Shown here: in pieces, positions 1 to 11,916 of the stretch
How the letters are laid out: each line of letters opens with the position of its first letter
Position numbering within the stretch: the stretch's first letter is position 1
Assembly (NCBI RefSeq): GCF_009914755.1
Contig: NC_060947.1
DNA length: 64,000 nt
Reading direction: 5' to 3' (one strand)
Origin: the human T2T-CHM13v2.0 reference genome, Homo sapiens
Made by a program: the position numbers and the translations under genes
The notes under the pieces: model-generated
Databases searched by the model: none
Seen by the model: the letters and a program-made list of their open reading frames with translations, nothing else
What the model was told of the DNA's origin: nothing

Positions 1-917
1 ACAGAGTCTGGCAAATAATAGACACTTAATAAATAGTTAAAAATAAATGAACACATTATTTTGTTAATACATTGGAATAGCTATTGAATTTTTGAGTATC
101 CTATCATATTTAATCTTCTAAGGAAAGGAAGTACTTTCATTTCTTGAAATAATATCTGTTCAGCTCGCCACTGAAATATTGTGGAAAAAATGGAATAGTT
201 GAGACTTTTGGAGGGGCTAATGAGCCTTGCTGGTATTATTGAAGAAGTTTTTATAGTTTTAAATGATCTACAATTGGAGCCAGACTACTTCCACATGACA
301 TAGAGGTTAAAGCAGCTAGCATTTTTTCAACTTTTGACCAAAGCATTGCCTTTCTACCCAACCATAGTTCAAGCCCTTTTCAGCAGCCATCTCTACACAC
401 AGTGCCCTTCAGTTCTGAAGGGCTATACTTTTGGAAAAAATAATACTTTTCATTTTCTTCAATGTAACCCATGAACCATAGAAATACCCCACATCTATAT
501 GGAATTGTTACAGAACTGAGAAAGTAGGTATTGATGGAGGCAAGGGACTAATTCTGACACTTCCTTTTAAGAACCAGGAGCAGTAATTTATCAGACTACA
601 TGGAGTTGTAGCTAAGCTAGTGAATGTTGCAGGTTGCAAAGTCACTTTGCCTCTAAGGACTTTTAAACAATAAATATCTGCCTTAATGAATGTCATTGCA
701 ACTTGTTTATCCCAATGAGAATGTGTTGTCAATTCCAGTGAGCGGGTATTTTGTGCATGTTTCACTGTGGGGTTCAAATCCCATTAAACTAATACTTACC
801 CATGTTCGATAAATTTGTGAAATGTCATTTGAGAGTTTGATACGGAATGTTGGAAATACGAAAATAATATTAATTATTTGAATGGAGGAAAGAAAAAAGT
901 AAGGGGTGTGGCTTGCC

Positions 918-985
918 AAGTTACCTTGATAAAGTCATTTGACTTCCTTAGACATCAAGCCTCTTGTTTGTAAAATGAGAGGAAT
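918..985 (+). mobile_element. MIR fragment
   Basis: Degenerate MIR core 'ttaccttgataaagtcatttgacttcc...tgtaaaatgag'. Confidence 0.45.
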
Positions 986-2479
986 ATGTTATTGAATCTT
1001 TGAAATCCCTATATCTCTAGCTGTGACATTGTAAGCAGTTTATCCTTGCAATAAGAAGAAAGATGAAAAATGGCTTTTTAAAAGGAATTATTCTAATTAA
1101 ATAATTGAAGAAATTAAAGACCAACGAAAAGGAGGGAAAAATGTTTTCTTCTTGGAGGAAATTTGAAAGCCCATAAAATAATTAAGGAGGTTAATTCCTT
1201 GGGTCTTGTTGAGCTGTAAGATGTTATTTTGTTTGGCTCCCAGTGATGGTTAGATTATCCTAAAATTTATTTGAAATGTTATTAAGTAATTAAATATGCT
1301 ACTGTTACATTTCTCCTGTGGGAAAGACATCAGAAGGGGAGAGACCACGGAAAAGAAGGTTGGAGACAGTTGAAGCTGGGTGATTAAGACCAAACAAGTT
1401 CACATCAAAATTAAAAGGGCTCATTTTCAGTGCAACACAGGTTCTTAAAGCACTTTAAGTACAACACAATGCAACTGGTTACTTTATAATTATAAATTCG
1501 TTTTGGCTGGGGGAATGAAGTGTTCTTAGTGAGATCTTTTCTGCTCAGCAAGTAGAATTGAAATGTAGGAAAACAGAGCAATGAAAGAAGCTCATGCTGT
1601 ATGTGGGGCTGAAGCACTGCCATTATGGAGCACCATGGGCCCCATGGGCTGGGGTAGATGACGCTTAAGCATTAGTTCATATTTGCCAATTAAGCGTAAG
1701 TTGTGTTTCTTTATGTGCTTCAAAAGAGTTAGTCATTTAGTCCCCATAAGGAGCATTTTATCAAAAGGAGCGATTATAGCCAGAGACAAAGAAGCCTGCA
1801 ACTGGATTATAGGCCTCCCTCCATTCTGACAGGACTCAACTCTATACATAGCTAATTGTGATATAATAGTGATAGCTTTTGGAGTGAAAATAGTTGTCAA
1901 TACAAGAGGAAGCTGGCAAGATATTATGAATGAAATGATGATTAAAGAGTTAAAATATAATCCATTAAAACTTCTACAAAACCATATAATTAAGCATAAA
2001 TGAAATGAGCAAATATATAGCATACACATTTCATATTGGAATTAATTTTCTGTTAGCCTTTTATTTGTTCAGTTCATGTAAGTTTGTCTTTCTGGGTTTT
2101 ACTTTATATTTACAGGCCAGAAACTTACTTAGAGGAGGTACCTTAAATAGGTTAGATATCTTCAGATTGCAACTTAAAGATTATTGATTATGCCACAGTA
2201 CATTTTAGTCTGAAATCCATGTTTTGTACCTACTAACGTCTACATAATACTCTACTGTCCTCAGAAGAAAAAGGAGCCTCCTACATACATCATTCCAAGA
2301 CTGAATAGGTATCTCCAGGTTATGGAAGCGGTAGGTCAGGTGATAATACTCTAAACATACCGGGTTTGCTTATATGGTTGATTCATACAGGCTTTGCTCT
2401 TAGGGGCACCAAATAAGATCCAATACCCAATTAAATGAGAGTACAGTCTGGTTGTGACATCTGTTTCTCCTTCATTTGC

Positions 2480-2692
2480 AGTACAATGTGGTGGTTGTGA
2501 ATTTAGTTTTGGGATTCAGAAACACTTGTGTTTGAGACATACAACTTCTACCAACAAGTTGTGTTTCTCATCTGAAAAAGTAGACATAATACAATCATAG
2601 AATTTGAAGTAAAAAGGAAGTGAGTGCAAAGGGCTCTGTAGAGTACCTGATACCACATAATACATTATCAGTAGACGTTAACTTTTGTTATT
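2480..2692 (+). mobile_element. MIR fragment
   Basis: 'tttctcatctgaaaa...gtacctga...acataata' resembles the MIR core and 3' end. Confidence 0.5.
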
Positions 2693-4319
2693 GCCAAGGT
2701 TAATTTGACAAGCCAGACAGGGAGTTAACACTTCCCTTCCAGTTCCCTCCACTGTTCCATGTGTATGTGCTTCTCCAATTTGGGTCTAATTAGAATTTCT
2801 TCCTTGGCGGAACCCTAACTAAGTGCACCGAGAGGGATGCTTTGTCCATTTTATTAGAAGGAAAAATTAAATGCTGAGTGGCTTGATAGAGTTAATTTTG
2901 ACTTGTGAATGCTGCTTCCTCATTCTTTCTGATGGTGCAGTGTTGATAACCCATGTTATGTCTCTGCTGCTTCTTTCACTGTGGCTGCTACTGAGATGGG
3001 AGGGTGTGCAATGCCATTACGCTTCAAAAATAATTGTGTATAAGAATATTATTTTTGAAATGTCAACCTATGCATCTTTCCCCTGTATTTCCTCCTGTTC
3101 TTACACTTCCCTGTGTTTGGACAGTTAGGTTAAATGATTAAATCTGTATTCACAGCAGAAAGCAGAAGTCAGTTCTTGATGTTTGGATTTCAAAAGCTTA
3201 AGCTTTGGAGGGGATGCAAAAGCCCAAAGCATAAGCCATCACTTTGGAAAAATTAATATCATAGAGCAAATATTTTCTCCCCTCAAGTTTAAATAGATGC
3301 CCAAAATGAGGCAGGGAGAGTAAGAGGAGTGATTAAAAACTTGGTTTGAGGATCCTAGGGAAGGAGCCTTGGGACCTACTGTTACCCCCTTTCCACTAAA
3401 ATCCCAGGTAGCTCTGTGGAATCCAAGAACAAAGGATACTTCTAATTCTTGCCTATCACTTCCCTTTCCTGGAAAAACACAGGAAATCATGAGACATGAC
3501 TGTACAGGAAGAATAGTGGGTTTGAGACCCTGTCACAAAGTTTCCTGGTGTTCAGTGCAGGGCAGAATTTATTCCATGTCTCTGACAGTGCCACAAACCT
3601 GGCACACGTAGCTGATGCATCTGAAGAGGTCCCATTGTTTGGAGGACTAATAGAGGTTCAAACAGTGATCTCCATGGACAAACCACAACAAAAATGGATG
3701 GCAGTGTGGATGCCACAGTGGAAACCAGTGTGCAAGAGTATTCCAACCACCCCAACACGTTGTCACTGTGCAGGCCACCCAACTTTGGGGAATTGTACAG
3801 CATTTCAATTTCTATGTAATGGCAGACTTGGAATTCAAAATATAATGTAGGTTCAGGCATAGAAATTCTTGTTGGTGGAATGATATTGCTACCTGCTCAG
3901 CTACAAACATAGTTTGGGGACCTGAGCACCAAAGTATATGTCAGGAATAAAGCTAGACATGCCACCTGATTTAGATTTATTTTAGGGCATGGCAGGGGTA
4001 AGGGCAGAGGCAATGACAAAGAAAGTGGGAGAGAGGTCTCATTAGTGTGTACACATCTGCTCTAAGTATGTGAGTGAGAGAAGACCTGTCTTGGTGGCTT
4101 CAGTTCATTTACAAGACAAAGGCAGGTGCATCCTGGCCTGTGTCACCATGAGAAGCATGAGAGGTAATGAAGCTCTGATACAAGCCCGAGGAGAGCTGGG
4201 CTCTGTACTTTGTGGGCCAGGCTCTTAGAATATGTGTGGAGATGATATCAATATTTACAAGACTACCAAGGTGCTGCAAGCTCATGGCCACAGCTGGGTC
4301 TGAAGTGGGTACCCCAGTG

Positions 4320-4480
4320 CAGACTAGTATTTCACTAACCTTACTGATGACAAAATTCCCCTGAGCACATCTTAAAAATATCCATTCCTAGGCCAGACTC
4401 CAGACCTATTGCGTTAGTATCTCCAGGGGAGAGGCTTCAGATTTATATTTTGTCATGAGCATGTTACATGGCTCTTAAGG
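4320..4480. mobile_element. MER5-type hAT MITE
   Basis: 'attcctaggccagactccagacctattg...atctccaggggagaggc' resembles MER5 internal sequence. Confidence 0.55.
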
Positions 4481-4564
4481 AAAAGAGAGGCTAAGAATAA
4501 TTTGACCTCACATACAAAAGATTTCTTAGTGTATCAGAATGAGCAACAGTTTGGAGTACGGCCT

Positions 4565-4735
4565 AAGAAGATAGCTCTGGAGAAGACTGCCTGGGTTTGA
4601 ATCTGTGCCTCAGTTCTACCTCCTATAACATGGGGCCAGCAGACTCTACTTCTTGAGGTTGTTGTGTAAAGCCCTAGATGAGTATCTGGCACATGATATG
4701 CACTTAATAAATATCGACTATCATTGTAATTATTT
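4565..4735 (+). mobile_element. MIR
   Basis: 'gctctggagaagactgcctgggtttgaatc...tggcacatgatatgcacttaataaat'. Confidence 0.65.
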
Positions 4736-4989
4736 TTGAACACTCCACCAGGAATGAAAAGATGAGGGAACACTCATTGAAAAGTAGCAACAGCTACCAT
4801 TTGTATAGGCTCTTTATTGCTTTCAAATGTATGATATTTAATACTTGAGACATATAGGCCATGGGAAACCCATTTAGTCAGAAAATTCAGCCTTCTAAGA
4901 CTTGGTGGCATATCTAAAGTGCCTGGCTGGAAACTTGAGAGCGTATCTTGCTGCTAGGAGTAATAGCCTAGTGGTAACAAGTGCCGAGC

Positions 4990-5155
4990 TGCACTTCTTG
5001 AACTTTCATATTCATAAAAATCACCTGGGGATCTTGATAAAGTACAGATTGTGACTTAGGAGGTCTGATGCAGGCTTGAGATTCTGCATTCTCTAACAAC
5101 TTCCAGGTGATGCTGATACTTCTGCCCTGCAGATCGCACCTGACGAGGAAAGCAT
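4990..5155. mobile_element. MER5A hAT MITE
   Basis: 'aatcacctggggatcttg...gagattctgcattctctaacaacttccaggtgatgctgat'. Confidence 0.7.
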
Positions 5156-6356
5156 TCCTTTAAGATCATCGTAAGGTTTCTAAAGTATATCTGGCATACC
5201 AGCTGCAGTTATGCTTATAAGGACTCCCTAAAGGGTAGCAGTTCTTTCTTTCCTGGAAGCAAATATGAATGATCCTTTGAGACAATGTGGTCTCAGTAAA
5301 GTGTTATCCACATAGTGAGAGAAAGATCAGCTTGCTCTAATTAAACAAGTTGAATTCTTCTACATGTACCATGTGTGATCTTCCAGTGTTAGGAGCACTG
5401 AGGTTCAGTAATATTCATGTAGCACAAAAGTGGCACTGGATACAATTTAACGTTACAAGCCAGGAGGCATTTCAAGTTCTTGTAGATATACTACAATCAT
5501 TACCCTAGCAAAAAGAAGCAGTGCTAGTTAATAGAGATGTCCACTTGATAGAATGCTGCACATACCAGCTTTCATGATACTTTTGGTGATGATATCCAGA
5601 TGAATTTGGAGAGATGACGCACCAGAAATACATGGACCAGTATTCCATTCTCAGTCTTTGAACCATCATAGAAGCCAAATTAACAAGTATGAGTACTACC
5701 TCAATCCGTATTTGAAAGGTTATGTGGCATAGAGATTTACTGGGTATCTGCTACAGTATCAATCATATTAAAAATAAATGCTCAACTACACACACTCTAA
5801 GAAAGTGTACTGGAAAAGAAATCAAACTCTGGAGATGTTTATGCATGTGAAAGCCTTACATATGCAGGAAATATATCTGAGTGTGGGAAAATTGAACTAC
5901 AGTTCATTGGGCTTTAATAAAGTTATTTAGCGCTAATCCTTAGGTGGATAATAAAATCATAAGTGCTTGATTCACATAGATACCAGGTAAAATGAAAAGA
6001 AAAAAAAGTTTAGGACACAAGGAAAGGTAATGTTCCGCAAGCTTTATCAAGTCCTCTCTACCAGCACTGTAATTCTCAATAAAACTCAGCACGACAGTTC
6101 AAAATAAAACAGGGCTATGACAAGACAATAACTCTTGGGGCATTAGAGTCAGGTACAGTAAGTTTCCTTTCTCCCCTTAGTGCTCTCACTGGGATTCTCT
6201 CAGAGCACCGAGGGAGCCATAGAGGTAGTATAATTTATTCTTGCATGTACAGGGGCTGATTTTCTTTCTCTCTTTCTGTGGACTTTTAAACCAGCCAGCA
6301 CTGTGGTCATTGAACTTCTCTTTTAATACCTTAATTATGAGTGAGAAGGGAAGTGT

Positions 6357-6765
6357 GAGTTACATAGGATAACAATAGTGCTATGTAACAAGCCACCACA
6401 AAATCTCCCTGGCAAACAACAAATCGATACACATTTATTCCAATCATGAGTCTGGTAATTGGGAGTAAACAGGTCTATATTGAACTCAGCTAGGATGGCT
6501 GCATGTGCCTGTCATCCTCCTCCTTACACTCAAGGTGATGCAGATGTACAAGTGGGCAAGTGGAAACACCCAAGCTTTTGTGACGTTCAAGCTTGGGAAT
6601 GGCATAATGTCATGTCCACCTTGTTCTGTGGGTCAAAGCAAGCAACGTGACTGAACCCAAAGTCAGTGGGTTGGGGAAATATACTCCAACTCTTAATGAA
6701 GATGAACTGAAAAGTTACCGTGCCCAAATACAGCAACGGTAAACATTTGGGTTATTAATGTAACA
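6357..6765 (-). mobile_element. MLT1-family MaLR solo LTR (old, MLT1H/J-like)
   Basis: 'gtaacaagccaccacaaaatctc' and 'ggtcaaagcaagcaacgtgactgaacccaaagtcagtgggttggggaaatatactcc' are MLT1 hallmarks. Confidence 0.6.
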
Positions 6766-6846
6766 TATTTTGGAAGAGACAAAGACCTGAAACTTAGATC
6801 AATTTTAAGTAAAAATGACTTGTGTAGGAAGAGAAGACAAAAATGA

Positions 6847-7099
6847 CAGTTGCCCAGTAAGATACAGGATGCTTGGTTAAATGTGAATTTCAGATAAACA
6901 ATAACTTTTGACAGTATAATTATGTCTCGTGCAGTATTTGGTGATTGGATTGCCTGGGGGTAAACTCGTCTACATTGGGTTCATGAAAAATTTGGTACAT
7001 GTTATACAAAAAGAAATCATTATTTATCTGAAATCTAAATCTAAATCTAATTCAGTGTCATGTTATTTTTTTTTTTTTGACTTAAATCTGGCAATCCTA
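6847..7099. mobile_element. MER53 palindromic MITE with a central insertion
   Basis: Complementary arms 'gaatttcagataaacaataac' and 'cattatttatctgaaat'; end 'aaatctggcaatccta'. Confidence 0.75.
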
Positions 7100-7641
7100 A
7101 TGATGAAGTCACTGGGAGTGAGAACTACACCTTCAAGAAGCCAAGAAGGAATGATGCATAGAGAAAATAAGCTTTGTAAAACTGTCTTATTCCCTGCCTC
7201 CCAAGAAGATGTTCTACCACTTTCAAACCTTTGTTCTCACCTGTTTGTCTTTAGGAACATGGCTTGTTGGCAGGGGCAACATTTGGCCAATGGCAGTATA
7301 ATAACCAGCTGGCAGTCTTTCTGATAGATTGGGCATCTGAGTGATTGGTTCGTGTCCATGCACTATTAATTCAATATTTCGATTCTAACCCCTTGTTACT
7401 GGCAAACATGAAGTCACCTGAGTGTGAGATAATGATGTAGGTCCACTGAGAAAACTGATAATTTGTTGCTGGACACAGCATTAATCTTTTATTGTGTCCC
7501 AAAATATTTATTTAAAGATGAGACTAAGCATTGTGAGAGGACAAGGTAGATTGTACAACCTCCTGAGCAAATACGAAAGCAGGATGGTTACAGGAAGAAC
7601 TTTACTTTAGAAAGCAGTTTTAAGCCTGTTTTTTTTTCTAC

Positions 7642-8382
7642 CTCTGAATTTTCTATTGCTGCGTAACAGATTGCCACAAATGTAGTGGTTTAAAACAACC
7701 ACTTATTTATTAGCTCACAATCCTATGGGTTAAAAGTATAGTATAGCATAGCCAGGTTCTCAGCTCAGAATATCACGTATCAAGAGCTGAAATCAAGTTG
7801 TCACGCAGGTGGAATTTCTATTTGGAGACTCTGGGGAAAATTTGCGTCCAAGTGCATTTTTTTTTTTTGTTGACAGAATTAATTTCCTTGCAGTTGTAGG
7901 ACTGAGGTCCTCATTCCCTTGCTAGCTGTCAGCAGGGGCTGCTTCTCACCTCTAGAGGCCACCCACATTCCTTTCCATGTGGCCCCTTCCCCTTTTGCAA
8001 CCAGCCAGGGAAAAACATGATGCTCTTAAAGGACTACTGATTAAATCAGCTCTACCTTGGTGCACTTCGTATTTTTGTTGTTGTTGTTGTTTTAAGAAAC
8101 AGAGTCTCATTCTGCTGCTCGGGGTAGAGCACTGTGGCATGATCATAGCTCACTGCAGTCTTGAACTCCTGGACTCCAGGGACCCTCCCGCCTCAGTCTT
8201 TCAAAGTGCTGGGATTACAGGGATGAGCCACCACACCCAGCTGACATTCTGTATCTTAAAGTCAATTCACTGCAAAGTTTCTTCACATAATTTTTTAGGT
8301 TAGTGTTTGAATAACTGGAGAAGATGAGTAAATATGAGGGACAGGGAATATTGGATGGATATCTTAGAATTCTGCCTACCAC
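7642..8382 (-). mobile_element. MLT1D-like MaLR LTR, interrupted by an Alu monomer
   Basis: 'ctattgctgcgtaacagattgccacaaa...gcagttgtaggactgaggtcc...ttagaattctgcctaccac'. Confidence 0.75.
8072..8242 (-). mobile_element. Alu monomer (FRAM/FAM/AluJ-like)
   Basis: Single monomer 'gatcatagctcactgcagtcttgaactcctgg...gggattacagggatgagccacc' with (TTG)n tail. Confidence 0.8.
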
Positions 8383-8681
8383 GGCCTGGTGCTGTGGCTC
8401 ACGCCTGTAATCCCAGCACTTTGGGAGGCTGAGGCAGGTGGATCACCTGAGGTCAAGAATTCGAGACCAGCCTGACCAACATGGTGAAACCCGGTCTCTA
8501 CTAAAAATAGAAAAATCAGCCCGGCATAGTGGCAGGTGCCTATAATTCCAGCTACTCAGGAGGCTGAGACAGGAGAATAGCTTGAACCTGGGAGGCGGAG
8601 ATTACAGTGAGCCAAGATCATGCCACTCTGCACTCTGGCCTGGGCAACAGAGCAAGACTCTGTCTTTAAAAAAAAAAAAAA
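8383..8681 (+). mobile_element. AluS
   Basis: Full dimer with A tail; imperfect TSD agaattctgcctacca. Confidence 0.95.
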
Positions 8682-8781
8682 GAATTCTTTCTTCTGCCTA
8701 CCATGCTGAATGTGCCCTTTGCAGGTGATTCCTAGCCTCTTCGCCACTGCAGGAGGCTCCGCTTCCATCCCACAATTCTAA

Positions 8782-9212
<431 letters not shown>

Positions 9213-9589
9213 TGACCTATCCCACATGGAATCCTGGTCCACCATTTATTGACTCTGTGTGGTTTGCTGCAGTAATTTTCTTTTGTGAACTTCTTTATTC
9301 CTTTTGATGTTATATGTGTCTTCACTGATAGACAAGAAGAATATTTTATTTATATTTTTATCTATCCCACTTTCCCATAGCAAAAGATCTCATGATTCAC
9401 TTTTTTCAATTAATTCATGAAACATACTTTTTGGCTAATTGTGTGTCATTTCCAGGCATATTGTATATGTTAAAAAATTTCATGATGGCATGAGCTACCC
9501 ACACAATCTTGATGGTGGGAGAGAGGTTTGCTGCTCTTATGCAGTTGCTGTCTAGTGTCAGAAGTTTGTTGTGTTAATTTCTTTTTTGA

Positions 9590-9905
9590 TTTTTTTTTTT
9601 ACTTTTAATTTTTGTGGGTACATAGTAGGTGTATATATTTATGGAGTACATGAGATACTTTGAAACAGGCATACAATGAATAATTGCATCAGGGTAAATG
9701 GTATATCCATCACCTCAAGATTGTATCCTTTGTGTTACAAATAATCCAAATATACTCTTGTAGTTATTTTAAAATGTACAATTAAATTATTATTGACTCT
9801 AGTCACCCTGTTATGCTATCAAATGCTGTATCTTATTCATTCTTTCTATTTTTGGTACCCATTAACCATCCTCACTTTCCCCAGACCTCCCCCACTACCC
9901 TTCCC
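9590..9905 (-). mobile_element. L1MA2/3-like 3' end
   Basis: 'tttgtgggtacatagtaggtgtatatatttatgg...ccatcacctcaag...cccattaaccatc'. Confidence 0.85.
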
Positions 9906-10009
9906 ATAATTTCTTACGTGGTAACTGACAACTAAAATTATTTGCTGGCTTTTTATTTTGCTGTATGCATGTAGATAATGAATTCACCATAGTTCTCATT
10001 CTATTTATT

Positions 10010-10024
10010 CCAGAAGATGGCGCT
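10010..10024 (+). promoter_or_regulatory. Candidate CTCF core motif overlapping a YY1-like AAGATGGCG
   Basis: CCAGAAGATGGCGCT fits CCASNAGRKGGCRS and keeps a CpG in CpG-poor DNA; motif match only. Confidence 0.45.
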
Positions 10025-10894
10025 GCTGCTGCTGCTTCTGCAGGGGAAAAAAAAAAAAAAAAAAAACAAACCAACCCAGAAAGCCTCAGTAGGATATTTT
10101 AGCATTTCATAATAATACACCAATAATCCATATTGGCAAAATATATTTTAAAAATGACATTTACAAATACCTACTGCATTATTTTTTCTCCTTATATTGA
10201 ATTTAGATTTAGAGAAGAAATAATTACAACTCATACTGAAGTATGTTGAGGCAGGAGTAACAACCCTCTGTGATAATCTGTTGCCAGAATCAGGACTTGG
10301 TGCCTGAATTGAATGGTTATTTTTTCAAGGGGATGGCAGTCGTGTCTGATATTAGGCATACAGAGGCTGTATAGAGGATGTCTTAATGGATTTTACTTTG
10401 ATTAATGATGTCACCAGTGGTGCCCACCTGAAGCATGAACTATGTACATTGCCATTAATAGAAACTTGAGCTCTTATTATTGAATTATTTGCCTTTTAAA
10501 GAGTTTTTTTGGAAAACTACCTTAATATTGTTAAGTGTGCAATAAGTTTCAGAGATTGAACACTCTTTTATACATGGAACTTCATGTTAACATTTAAACT
10601 TTCGGTATTCAGCTATTTAGATGCTGAATGTCTTACCAATGGACCACATCTTATCAACTAGTACTGTAATATTCTTCCCTTGTTTTCCTTCCATTCGAGG
10701 CAATACAGAAGCAGAATGCTGGGAAATAGTAACTAAAAGTTAATTAGCGACACGAAATCAAGGGAAAAAATAGTTATCTGCCTAAAATAAGAGGCTCAAA
10801 TACAAATAGGTGACATTGAGTGCTTCAGGGAAGTAATATATTTTCTTTTAAACTATATTAATTTCATGACAAACTCTAGGAGGTATTGTAAGTC

Positions 10895-11180
10895 GCTGCT
10901 ATATCCCCAGCAACTGGAATAGTGCCTGACACATATTGGATATTTAATAAATGTTTGTTTTCATTTGTTTAAGGAATATTATGTGCCTGCCTGTAAAGTG
11001 CTATTAATACATAATTTCATTTTATCCTCACAAAGAAAATATGTTGTTATCTACATTTTACAGATTAGAAAATTGAGGCTTAAAGAAGTTAAGTAATTTT
11101 CACAAAGTTATAAAAAGTTAGTGGCAGAGTGGGCTCTCAAATCTAGGTAATCTGTCTCCCGAGTCTAGGCTCTTATATGT
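10895..11180. mobile_element. L2 3' tail (+) followed by MIR (-)
   Basis: 'atagtgcctgacacatattggatatttaataaatg' then 'attttacagattagaaaattgaggcttaaagaagttaagtaa'. Confidence 0.65.
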
Positions 11181-11349
11181 CTCTATTTTATAGGTAGTAT
11201 AACAGGCACACATCTTTGCTGCGACCTTTAAACATCACAGTACTAGAATGTAGTAGAGCTAGGGTTCAAATAGAATTTTGATTGATTATAAAGTTGTTAT
11301 TTTTAATCACTGTAGTAACTGTGGTAAACCAAATCCATGTCTGATTGTT

Positions 11350-11916
11350 CTTTTTTTTTTTTTAGTATTGTGGTAAAAAACATACAGCATAAAATTTACT
11401 ATCACAATAATCATTTGTAAGTTACAGTTTAGTAAGTTAAGTGTATGCACATTATTATGCAACAGATCTCTTGAACTTTTTCATCTTGCAAAACTGAGAC
11501 CGTATACCCATTGACCACCAACTCTCCTCTCCTCTCCCTCCCCAGTTCCTGTTAACCCCCATTCTACTTTCTGTTTTGATGAGTTTAACTAAGTTAGATA
11601 CTTCCTATAGGTGGAATCACACAGGATTTGTCTTTTTGTGACTGGCTTACTTCACTTAGCGTAGTGTCCTTCAAGGTTCATTCATTTTATAGCATGTGAC
11701 AGGATTTTCTTATTTTTTTTAAGGTTGATCAATACTCTTATTTTACATATATACCACATTTTAAAAAATCCATTCATCTATAGATGGACATTCGAGTTAC
11801 TTCCACCTCTTGGCTATTGTAAATAATCCTGCTATAAATATGGGTATGCAAGTATTTCTCTGAGATCCTGTTTTGAGTTCTTTTGGATATATATCCACAC
11901 TGGGCTGGCTGATCAT
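11350..11916 (-). mobile_element. L1MB-type 3' end
   Basis: Poly-T start; 'ttcatcttgcaaaactgag...gactggcttacttcacttagc...tggctattgtaaataat'. Confidence 0.85.

Noticed and set aside
1630-1698. Short palindromes (cccatggg; acgcttaa...ttaagcgt)
   Set aside because: 8-bp stems are expected by chance.
3548-3860. Overlapping ~100-aa ORFs on both strands in unique-looking DNA
   Set aside because: No recognisable domain or splice structure; such lengths arise by chance in 64 kb.
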